From Clostridia bacterium (lineage in GTDB: Bacteria > Bacillota > Clostridia > Oscillospirales > Acutalibacteraceae), in the NCBI GenBank assembly GCA_017520705.1, contig JAFXFF010000044.1, positions 60,108-124,107 on the forward strand: 64,000 bases of DNA, in the 5' to 3' direction. Both the position numbers and the translations under genes were made by a program. The notes under the pieces are model-generated. The model made no database searches. It was given only the letters and a program-made list of their open reading frames with translations, and was not told where the DNA came from. Shown piece by piece: positions 28,328-37,451 of the stretch. Within the stretch, counting starts at the first letter, position 1. Each line of letters opens with the position of its first letter.

Positions 28328-31300
28328 TTAGTTGGCGTTTTTCTCCACAGCCAAGGTGACCACCTCACCGTTGATATTCCACTCCTTGACGTAGCCGGCG
28401 GTCTCGCCCACGGTCAGGGCGGTGGCCATCACGTCGGAGCCGATGGACTCCCAGTTGCGACCCACCAACTTCTCCACGCTCTCGTTGCCGGTGACGTAGA
28501 CGGAGATGGTATCCATCACCTCGAAGCCGGCCTCTTTACGCATGGTCTGCAGCTTGCTGACCACCTCGCGGACAAAGCCCTCCTCAATGAGTTCGGGAGT
28601 CAAGCGAGTGTCGATGGCCACGGTGATGCCACGGTCGGAGACGGTGTAATAACCCTCGGTCTAGGTGGTCTCGATGAGCAGATCCTCGGTAGCCAGTGTC
28701 ACGTCGCCGCTCGCCAAATTCAGGGTGATAGCACCCTTCTCATTGAGCTCGGCCATGGTGGCATTGCCGTCCAGCTCGGTGAGGGCGGTGCGGATCTCGT
28801 TCAACTGCTTACCATACTTGGGGCCGACGGTCTTGAGCTGAGGCTTGAAGGAGTAGCTCATAAAGGCGGCGGCGTCGGTGATAAACTCCACCGACTTGAT
28901 ATTCAGCTCGTCGGCGATGATGGCGGTGCAGAACTCGTCCAAGGAGCCGTCCATCTGGACGTACATCTTGCCCAAGGGCTGACGATTCTTGCAGGCGGCG
29001 CCGTTACGGGCGGCACGACCCTGCACCACGATCTGCAGAACGCTGTCCATAGCGGTCTCGAGGGCGGTGTCGATGTAAGCCTCATTGACCTCAGGATAGG
29101 CGCACAGATGGACGCTGACAGGAGCGGTGGGATCGTTCTCACACACCAGATTGCGGTAGATATCCTCCGCCATGAAGGGAATCATGGGAGCGGATGCCTT
29201 GGCCACCGTCACCAGAGCGGTGTACAGGGTCATATAGGCGTTGATCTTATCCTGAGGCATATCCTTGCCCCAGAAGCGCTCACGGCTACGGCGGACGTAC
29301 CAATTACTCAGCTCGTCCACGAAGTCCTGCAACACGCGAGAAGCCTCAGGGATGCGGTAGTTGGCCAGATGATCGTCCACCGCTTTCACGCAGGAATTGA
29401 GACGAGACAAAAGCCACTTATCCATCACGGACAATTTGTCGTATTCCAGGCTGTACTTGGTGGCATCGAAGCCGTCAATGTTGGCGTACAGCACGAAGAA
29501 GGCGTAGGTGTTCCACAGAGTGCCGAGGAACTTGCGCTGGCACTCCTGCACCGCCTTACCCGAGAAGCGGTTGGGCAGCCAGGGAGCGGAGTTGGAATAG
29601 AAGTACCAACGGATGGCGTCGGCGCCGTAGGTCTCCAGCGCCTCGAAGGGATCCACGGCGTTGCCCTTGGACTTACTCATCTTCTGGCCGTCGGCATCCT
29701 GCACGTGACCCAAGACGAGGACGTTCTTATAGGGTGCCTTATTGAACAGCAGGGTGGAAATCGCCAGCAGAGAATAGAACCAACCACGGGTCTGGTCCAC
29801 GCCCTCGGAGATGAAATCGGCGGGGAACTGCTTAGCAAAGACATCCTGATTCTCGAAGGGATAGTGATGCTGGGCGAAGGGCATAGCGCCGGAGTCGAAC
29901 CAGCAGTCGATGACCTCGGGCACACGCTTCATCACGCCGCCGCAATCGGGGCAACGCAGGGTGACCGCGTCGATGAAGGGACGGTGCAACTCCACGTCCT
30001 CGGGACAGTCGATGGCCATCGATTTCAACTCTTCACGGCTGCCGATGGCGTGCTGACAGCCGCAGGAGCACTCCCAAATATTGAGAGGTGTACCCCAATA
30101 GCGGTTACGGCTGATACCCCAATCCTGCACGTTCTCCAGCCAGTCGCCGAAGCGACCCTTGCCGATGGATTCGGGGATCCAGTTGACGGTGTTGTTGTTG
30201 CGGATGAGATCCTCCCGCACGGCGGTCATCTTGATAAACCAAGACTCACGGGCGTAGTAGATCAGAGGCGTGTCGCAACGCCAGCAGAAGGGATAATCGT
30301 GCTCAAACTTAGGCGCATCGAACAGCTGACCGCGGGAGTCCAGATCCACCAAAATCTTGGGGTCGGCGTCCTTGACGAACAGGCCGGCGAAGGGGGTGTC
30401 CTCGGTCATATGACCGGCGCCGTCCACCAACTGCACGAAGGGCAGGTCGTACTTACGACCAACCTGGGCGTCGTCCTCGCCGAAGGCGGGAGCGATATGC
30501 ACGATACCGGTACCATCGGTCATGGTGACGTAGCCGTCGCAGGTGATGTAGAAGCCGTCCTTCTTCTGCTTGTCGGCCAGCGCCTTGGCACAATCGTAGA
30601 GGGGCTCGTAGGCCTTGCGCTCCAGGTCGCGGCCCACGTAGGTCTCCAGCACCTCGTAGGCGGGAGTGTCCTCGGTAGCCAGCTTGCCCAGCACGCGGTC
30701 CAGCAGAGCCTCGGCCATATAGTAGGTGTAGCCGTCAGCGGCCTTTACCTTGCAATAGGTCTCGTCGGGGTTGACGCACAGCGCCACGTTGGAAGGCAGG
30801 GTCCAAGGGGTGGTGGTCCAAGCGAGGAAATAGGCGTCCTCGTCGGCCACCTTAAAGCGTACCACGGCGGAGCGCTCCTTGACGCACTTGTAGCCCTGAG
30901 CCACCTCGTGGCTGGACAGAGGGGTGCCGCAACGGGGGCAATAGGGAACGATCTTAAAGCCCTTGTACAGCAACTGCTTGTCCCAGATCTGGCGCAGGGC
31001 CCACCACTCGGACTCAATGTAATCGTCGTGATAGGTGACGTAGGGATCGTTCATATCCACCCAGAAGCCAACGGTGCCGGAGAAGCCTTCCCACATGCCC
31101 TTGTACTTCCAGACGCTCTCTTTACACTTCTCGATGAAAGGCTCCAGACCGTATTTCTCGATCTGCTCCTTGCCGTCCAGACCCAGCTGCTTCTCCACCT
31201 CCAGCTCGACGGGGAGACCGTGGGTATCCCAGCCCGCCTTACGGGGAACCATCTGGCCCTTCATGGTGCGGTAGCGGGGAACCATATCCTTGATAACACG

Positions 31301-31483
31301 GGTCAACACGTGGCCGATATGGGGCTTACCATTGGCCGTGGGAGGGCCGTCGTAGAAGGTGTAGGTCTCCCCTTCCTTGCTCTGCTCCAAGGACTGCTCG
31401 AAGACCTTATTCTCAGTCCAGAACTGCAGCACCTCGCGCTCACGCTGTACAAAATCCATATTGGTCGATACTTTCTTGTACAT
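28328..31483 (-). CDS. ileS: Isoleucine--tRNA ligase, type 2, interrupted by an in-frame TAG at 28661-28663
   Basis: HIGH (PTANGKPHIGHVLTRV) and KMSKS motifs. Track ORFs 31540..28661 and 28621..28328 are in the same frame, and conserved C-terminal sequence continues: …EDLLIETT*TEGYYTVSDRGITVAIDTRLTPELIEEGFVRE…. Start ATG 31483 after GGAGGT. Confidence 0.9.
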
Positions 31484-31775
31484 CTCAATACCTCCAAACA
31501 ATAAAAAATCCCCCGTCCCGCAAAACAGGACGAAGGTCAAACTTCGCTATACCACCTATTTGCACGTACCATCATACGCCGCCCCGCTAACGGTGGGCAA
31601 CCGTCCGCGCCTAATAGGAAACATCCGTTCAGCCGGCAACTCCCGAGGGATATTCACGCAGGCTCTCTCCGTCGGGCTTACACCCTCCCCGACTCGCTGT
31701 GGGATATACCCCTGCGCTACTGACTCGTTCACTGTTTTTAATTATCATACAATATAATAGCGGATAGCGGAGGAA
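31484..31775 (-). promoter_or_regulatory. Candidate T-box leader with terminator/antiterminator upstream of ileS
   Basis: Leader strand shows promoter TTGACA…TATTAT, AGAGAG (AG-box), T-box-like AATAGGTGGTATAGCG, and intrinsic terminator tcgtcc-tgttttgcg-ggacgggggATTTTTTATT just before the RBS. Confidence 0.5.
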
Positions 31776-31799
31776 TTGTCAAGAGGGAAACGAAAAAGT

Positions 31800-32060
31800 A
31801 GGACGGGAGGGCACAGAGGTCCTCCCCTACGTTCTCGGTGCGGGGGGTGTAGGGGCGAACTGTGTTCGCCCGAGGCGGGACGATGTGGGCATCGTCCCCT
31901 ACGGGGTCTATCCAAGGTTGGTGCGGGCAGACTGATGAGGTGGTCGCAGAGCGTCGGATATTTAACGATAATCCAAAAGCCTTCGGCAACACTTCATCCG
32001 CCTCGTTTCACTCGGCACCTTCCCCTCAAGGGGAAGGCTTGATCCTACCGCTGCCGTGGT
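31800..32060. repeat. Mosaic palindromic intergenic repeat element (copy C)
   Basis: caccttcccctcaaggggaaggct module nearly identical to the 4.15-4.20 kb copy; ggtcctcccctacg… and catcgtcccctacgg modules also seen at 44.4 kb. Confidence 0.6.
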
Positions 32061-32179
32061 GCGTGGACAGCAAGAGAAAAAGAGAAAGCCTCCGCAGACG
32101 CCGTCTGCGGAGGCTTTTGTTAGTTATTATGTGTCACACAAGAGAACGGTTTTGTTGTGTCTTATTGATCGACAACATA

Positions 32180-33280
32180 TTACACCCAGTCGTTGAGATA
32201 GTCCATATAGGCTTCTTCGTCATAAGAATCTAACCAGAACATATAACTACCACATTCAGATAACTCCAGAATTTCATCAGCTGACAAAACTGCGGCATAG
32301 CCATAGTGAGAAAGCGATCCATCCGATTTTTTCGTACCATAAGCCGCAGAAAGCACATACGAAAGAACAGCTTTTTCATTCTTTTCTAAATCCTCTTTCC
32401 AACGCCCTTCCAAAGGGATCGGTTCAATATCGCTGAACTTTGCCAAAGCTTCCACCGCTTCATCTGCACGAGCATTCCAATAGGCCAACTTAAAATCATG
32501 TTGTCTACTATCGTACTGCGACCGTAAAGAACGATAGGTTTCGCCTGCACTCCATTTGAGGCCGGCGGCTTCATATTCTCCCCAGGCTAACTGCACCTCC
32601 TCCGCCAATTTTACCATTTCATCGCTTTGCAAAAGTGCATCGACCGCTTCGTTAAGGTCCTCCACTAACTTTTGATTATATTTGGGGTTGATGGCAACCA
32701 ATACGGCATATACGGCATCGGTATCTTTGTATTGCTCCATAGCTTGCTTCAACAGCGGAGATATTTCTCCCGGCTTAAACAATCCTATAGGCATTTGGTC
32801 CAGAGTATCATCGTCGATAGCTTCAACCCCGGTAATCAGCAGTTTATCTGTGGGCGCAGTGGTCGACGTAGTCGTCTTGGACGGCTCGGTCTTGCCGGTG
32901 GTGGGGGCTTGGGTAGCGGTGGGCTTGGACGGGGCGGGTGCTGTAGTCGTGGGTGCGGTGGTGGGCGGGGTTACGATGCCGCCGTCGGTGGTGGGTGCGG
33001 GTGCGGTGGTATTTACAGTAGTTGTCGTGGTGGTGGTGGCCTCACCCTCGGTGGGGATATGGGTGGTCGTGGTGGTGGCTCCGCCGTCGGAAATCGGCGG
33101 GGTCTCGCGGAAGGCGTCACTCTTAAACAGAGCAAAACTGGCCAGCGACACCAGCGCCACAGAACCGACGGACACGGTGGTACGGGCTATAACCTGTTTT
33201 TTCTTCTTCTGTTCAGCTACATAACGATTGCGGCGCTCTAACAAACGGTTGGTCAAATCATCGTAATTCTTCATACACAA
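32180..33280 (-). CDS. Putative anti-sigma factor: cytoplasmic N-terminus, single TM, Thr/Pro-rich stalk, extracellular domain of unknown function
   Basis: Start overlaps the upstream ECF sigma stop (ATGA…). Architecture and genomic coupling only; no named domain recognised. Confidence 0.5.
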   Translation of the reverse strand: MCMKNYDDLTNRLLERRNRYVAEQKKKKQVIARTTVSVGSVALVSLASFALFKSDAFRETPPISDGGATTTTTHIPTEGEATTTTTTTVNTTAPAPTTDGGIVTPPTTAPTTTAPAPSKPTATQAPTTGKTEPSKTTTSTTAPTDKLLITGVEAIDDDTLDQMPIGLFKPGEISPLLKQAMEQYKDTDAVYAVLVAINPKYNQKLVEDLNEAVDALLQSDEMVKLAEEVQLAWGEYEAAGLKWSAGETYRSLRSQYDSRQHDFKLAYWNARADEAVEALAKFSDIEPIPLEGRWKEDLEKNEKAVLSYVLSAAYGTKKSDGSLSHYGYAAVLSADEILELSECGSYMFWLDSYDEEAYMDYLNDWV

Positions 33281-33821
33281 AGCCCTCCTTTTCCAGCTCT
33301 GATCTTAAGGCGTTTTTGGCGCGGAAAACCAAGTTCTTCATTTGGCGGGACGTCTTACCCATCACGGCGGCTGTCTCGGCGTGGGACAGATCCTCAAAAT
33401 AGAGCAACCAAAGCACCTGCCGATACTCGGTATGCAACCGGTTCAAGGCTTGGTGCAAGACAATTTTTTGCTCCTCGACAAGATAATTTTGTTCCAAATC
33501 GAAACGATCGCCGGCCGTGCCCTCTAACTCGTTCAACGAGATATCCGCTCGCTTTTGGCGGCGGAGATAATCGATAGCAACGTGACGACCGATGGTATAC
33601 AGCCACGTTTTGAATGAATAGGCAGAACGGTACTTCGGCTTTTTCGTGATGAGTTTGAAAAGCGTCTCCTCCATCAGCTCCTCGGCAGTAGAGAAATCGT
33701 TCACAATACCGCAAAGATAGAGGGTCAGTCCGTCACTGTACTCCCGCACGATTTCCGCTAAACCCGTATCGTCGCCGTCAAGGAAACGGCGGTAGCTACT
33801 GGCACCGTTGTCCATTGACAT
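33258..33821 (-). CDS. ECF sigma factor (copy 1 of tandem duplicate)
   Basis: Regions 2 and 4 (EELMEETLFKLITKKPKY…; LYFEDLSHAETAAVMGKTSRQMKNLVFRAKNALR). Confidence 0.8.
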   Translation of the reverse strand: MSMDNGASSYRRFLDGDDTGLAEIVREYSDGLTLYLCGIVNDFSTAEELMEETLFKLITKKPKYRSAYSFKTWLYTIGRHVAIDYLRRQKRADISLNELEGTAGDRFDLEQNYLVEEQKIVLHQALNRLHTEYRQVLWLLYFEDLSHAETAAVMGKTSRQMKNLVFRAKNALRSELEKEGFVYEELR

Positions 33822-33971
33822 GCTCCTTTCCGAAAGGTAATTTTTACCCTTTCACTTATTAAACGATTGAGAACGGAAAAGGTCTCAGCAACAGTATAAA
33901 ATAATTTGGAGAAAAATGCAAGAAAAGGCGAAAGCCTCCGCAGACGGTGTCTGCGGAGGCTAGTTTATCTA

Positions 33972-34955
33972 TCACTCGTCAACATTGTAACCACTATCAT
34001 TATACACATCGTTGATTGTGTCGGGCGAATCCAACCAGAACATATATGTGCCTCGCTCTGCCAACTCATTGATTGCATCGGCAGACAGAACGGCGGAGTA
34101 GAAATACGATGCACGATACGAATACATATGCAATGTCAAAACAATAGGCGACACCTCGTCAGAGGGTTTCGAGTACGCATCGGCAACCAGATCGAACAAC
34201 TCCGTTTCGCTTAACTTTGCCAAAGCATCCACCTCTAAATTTGCAAGGTTTATACCGTATTCGACTTTAAAATTGGTAACACGATTATGATACTCACCCC
34301 ACTTTTCTTGCTCAGCGAGCTGCACCATTTCATCAGTCGCTTTGAACTCTTCAACCGCTTTGTTCATTTCATCCATAGCAGAAGCCTGATCAAAGCGAGG
34401 GCACACAGCAACCAAAACGGCATAGATGGCGTTGGCATCTTTGTTTTTCTCCATCGCTTCTTTCAAAAGCGGTGAAATCTCACCATATCTAAACTTAGGT
34501 GACTCGTCACCAAAACAATCTGCACCATAGTCATCCGGCTCATCTCCGGTAATGAGCAGTTTGGTCGGAGCAGTTGTAGTGGCGGTCGTCTTGGGCGGCT
34601 CCGTCTTACTCGGGGCGGTGGTGGGAACGGTGGTGGCGGTGGTGGTGGGTGCCACCACGCCGCCGTCGGTGGTGGGTGCGGGTACGGTGGTATTTACAGT
34701 AGTTGTCGTGGTGTCCTCCCCCTCGGTGGGGATATGGGTGGTCGTGGTGGTGGCTCCGCCGTCGGAAATCGGCGGGGTCTCGCGGAATGCGTCGCTCCGC
34801 AGCAGGGCGATACCGGCCAGCGACACCAGCGCCACCGAGCCCACCGAGGCGGTGACGCGGGTGACAAGCTGCTTTTTCTTCCGCTGTGCGATCACGTATT
34901 GCTCTCGCCGCGCAAACACGCTGTCGGCGATCTCTCTATAGCTCTTCATAAACAA
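33972..34955 (-). CDS. Putative anti-sigma factor (paralog of 32180..33280)
   Basis: Same architecture; the N-terminal ~110 aa are near-identical to the paralog (…VGSVALVSLA…LRSDAFRETPPISDGGATTTTTHIPTEGE…). Confidence 0.5.
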   Translation of the reverse strand: MFMKSYREIADSVFARREQYVIAQRKKKQLVTRVTASVGSVALVSLAGIALLRSDAFRETPPISDGGATTTTTHIPTEGEDTTTTTVNTTVPAPTTDGGVVAPTTTATTVPTTAPSKTEPPKTTATTTAPTKLLITGDEPDDYGADCFGDESPKFRYGEISPLLKEAMEKNKDANAIYAVLVAVCPRFDQASAMDEMNKAVEEFKATDEMVQLAEQEKWGEYHNRVTNFKVEYGINLANLEVDALAKLSETELFDLVADAYSKPSDEVSPIVLTLHMYSYRASYFYSAVLSADAINELAERGTYMFWLDSPDTINDVYNDSGYNVDE

Positions 34956-35535
34956 AATTCTCCTTTTCCAATTGTGTCTTGAGCGCCTGCTTTGCCCGAT
35001 ACACCAAATTCTCGATCTGGCGGCGGCTCTTATTCATCGCCACCGCCGCATCGGCATTGCTGAAGCCGTCAAAATAGGTCAGGTACAGCACTTGGCGATA
35101 GTCCTCTCTCAGCTTACGCAGGGCTCTGTGCAGGGCGATCTTCTGCTCCTCTCGCAAACAGGAACGCTCCACGCTTTCCTCCTCCACGAGGCAGTGCTCC
35201 AGGTCGTCAATGGGGGTATCGGCCATCCGCTTGTGATGGCGGAGGTAATCCATCACTACATTGCGGCCGATGGTATACAGCCAGGTCTTGAACGCGTATT
35301 TTTCTGTGAATTTCGGCTTTTTGGTTACGATTTTAACGAAGGTCTCCTCCATCAATTCTTCCGCAACGAAAATGTTGTTCACATAGCCGTTCAGGTAGAG
35401 GATCAAGCCGTCTTTGTAATCGCGTATGATCTCAACAATGCCCTCGTCGTCACCATCGAGGAAACGGCGGTAGCTACTTGCACCGTTATCCATGGACTGC
35501 CTCCTTTCCGAAAGGTAGTGTGATTGCCCTTTCAC
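34936..35535 (-). CDS. ECF sigma factor (copy 2 of tandem duplicate)
   Basis: Paralogous to 33258..33821 (MSMDNGASSYRRFLDGDD… identical N-terminus). Ends with a bona fide TAG stop. Confidence 0.8.
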   Translation of the reverse strand: MKGQSHYLSERRQSMDNGASSYRRFLDGDDEGIVEIIRDYKDGLILYLNGYVNNIFVAEELMEETFVKIVTKKPKFTEKYAFKTWLYTIGRNVVMDYLRHHKRMADTPIDDLEHCLVEEESVERSCLREEQKIALHRALRKLREDYRQVLYLTYFDGFSNADAAVAMNKSRRQIENLVYRAKQALKTQLEKENFVYEEL

Positions 35536-35619
35536 CTATTAAACGGATGGGATGGGAAAATCTCTCAGTTACAGTGTAAAAGATTTCGGGGAAAGATGCA
35601 AGAGGAAGATTGGGCGGCG

Positions 35620-35810
35620 GGACGGGATATAGGGGCGAACTGTGCGTCAAGCCTCCCTCCCCGAGGGAGGTGGATTTTTCTGTGGCAACAGCCGCAGAAA
35701 AAGACGGAGGGAGTTTTCCTCTCGCCGCCTAACGGCGGCAACTCCCTCAGTCCTCGCTAACGCTCGGACAGCTCCCTCAAAGAGGGAGCCTATTGCTCTA
35801 TCCCACTTTG
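35620..35810. repeat. Mosaic palindromic intergenic repeat element (copy D)
   Basis: cctccccgagggagg, ctccctcagtcctcgctaacgctcggacagctccctcaaagagggagc hairpins. Confidence 0.55.
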
Positions 35811-36060
35811 ATGCAAGACAAAAAAGGAAAACCGCCTGACAGGGGATGTCAGGCGGTTTCCTTTTGTTAGAGGGGTGTTTTGAGGAGGATGTACCCAAGG
35901 TATGTAGGCGTTCGGGTGCGGCTCCCTACCGCCCTCTTGAGTACAAGCTCAGTATAACGGGTAAATTTGAACTTTCCGTGACCAAAAGATGAATACTCCG
36001 TAAGGAATTTGTGAATTCGCGGCAAAAATAAAAAATTTTACGAAAAATCCAAACAAATGT

Positions 36061-36090
36061 TTGACTTTGCCGAACATATGTGCTATACTA
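36061..36090 (+). promoter_or_regulatory. lexA promoter (TTGACT / TATACT) with embedded SOS (Cheo) box CGAACATATGTGCT
   Basis: The box sits between -35 and -10; it matches the Gram-positive consensus CGAACATATGTTCG at 12 of 14 positions. Confidence 0.6.
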
Positions 36091-36132
36091 TGGCCAAGAG
36101 TAGTAAAATACTGCGATTTTGGGAGGTTTTCG

Positions 36133-36721
36133 AATGAAACCGTTGAACGAAAAGCAACAAAAAGTATTGGCCTTTGTGAAAGAGCGACTGGGCGACGGCA
36201 TCCCCCCCTCTGTGCGGGAGATCTGTGACGCCTGCGGCATCAAGTCCACCTCCACCGTCCACGCCTACCTCAAGCGTCTGGAGGAGGAGGGATACATTGA
36301 CCGTATGGACGGCCTCAACCGCGCCATCCGTCTGCCGGGAGAGAGCGTCACCCGTGTGCCTCTGCTGGGTAAGGTCACTGCCGGTCTGCCCATTCTGGCG
36401 ATTGAAGAGGTGGAGGACTACGTCCCCTTCTCCGGCGGCAGTCAGTATCAGGCGGGCGAGCTATTTGCCCTGCGGGTCAGCGGTACCAGTATGATCAATG
36501 CCGGCATCCTCGACCGGGACGTGGTGATCGTGCGCCGCACCAATACCGCCCAGAACGGCGACGTGGTGGTGGCCCTCATCGGCGACGAGGCCACCGTCAA
36601 GCGCATCTATATGGAGTCCGACCACATCCGTCTGCAGCCCGAAAATCCCGAGTTCGAGCCCATCATCGTCAAAGAGGCCATCGTGCTGGGCAAGGTCATC
36701 TCGCTGGTGCGGTATTTCTGA
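36133..36721 (+). CDS. lexA: LexA repressor
   Basis: N-terminal wHTH; Ala-Gly cleavage site (VTAGLPILA); S24 peptidase Ser (GTSMI) and Lys (TVKRI). Confidence 0.9.
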
Positions 36722-37164
36722 TGAGTATGTACAAGTATTTGATCAGCGCCTGCCTGTGCGGTGAGAATTGCCGCTACGACGGGGGCAGCTTTGACTATCC
36801 CGCCCTACGCAAGCTGGCGGAGGAGGGAGTGGCCCTCCCCTATTGCCCCGAGCACTGCGGCGGCCTGCCTATCCCGCGCAAACCCTGCGAGATCGTGGGC
36901 GACAAGGTGTTGGCGGCGGATGGCACCGACTGCACCGCGGAGTATACTCGCGGCGCCGAGGGCGCACTGGCGCTGTGTAAAGAGCACGGCATCACCGCCG
37001 CCATCCTCAAGGAGAGCAGCCCCAGCTGCGGCAGCACCCGCATCTATGACGGCACCCACACGGGGGTGAAGATTCCCGGGATGGGATTGGCGGCGCGGCT
37101 GCTCAGCGAGAACGGCGTGACGCTATACAGCGAAAAGGCGCTGCCGGAAGAGATTGGAAAATAA
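36721..37164 (+). CDS. DUF523 (YbbK/TudS-like) protein
   Basis: LISACLCGENCRYDGG…SPSCGS Cys pattern typical of DUF523 [4Fe-4S] proteins. Overlaps the lexA stop. Confidence 0.65.
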   Translation: MSMYKYLISACLCGENCRYDGGSFDYPALRKLAEEGVALPYCPEHCGGLPIPRKPCEIVGDKVLAADGTDCTAEYTRGAEGALALCKEHGITAAILKESSPSCGSTRIYDGTHTGVKIPGMGLAARLLSENGVTLYSEKALPEEIGK

Positions 37165-37254
37165 AAAAGGCTGAGCACCCGGCGGACTTTACATGCCGAC
37201 GATACCACCGCCAAAAGCGGCAGCAATGCTCAACCCATAGTTATGATAACACAA

Positions 37255-37395
37255 ATAAGCTGTCGCGTCAAGCGACAATCCCTCCGTCACGGCTATCGCC
37301 GTGCCACCTCCCTTTACACAAAGGAGGCACGCCGCCTGCGACGGCTATATGTGCGGCGGGAGCAAGCCCCCGCCCTACAAGCGTGATTGTAGGAT
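37255..37395. repeat. Palindromic intergenic repeat element (copy E)
   Basis: aatccctccgtcacggctatcgccgtgccacctccc: same module as copy B with compensatory changes in the hairpin stem. Confidence 0.6.
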
Positions 37396-37451
37396 ACGTA
37401 AAAACAGCGGTCCGTACCGATGGTACGGACCGCTTTGTTTGTTTTGTACGA

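Noticed and set aside
28205-31504. 1099-aa plus-strand ORF antisense to ileS, and similar very long antisense or alternative-frame ORFs (e.g. 1697..2581-, 15110..16729-, 17623..19122-, 41962..44262+, 45949..47205-, 48661..49794+, 49848..51200+ extension, 55210..56379-)
   Set aside because: High GC content suppresses stop codons in non-coding frames. These lack RBS and homology signatures, are Gly/Val/Arg/His-biased, and lie opposite strongly conserved genes.
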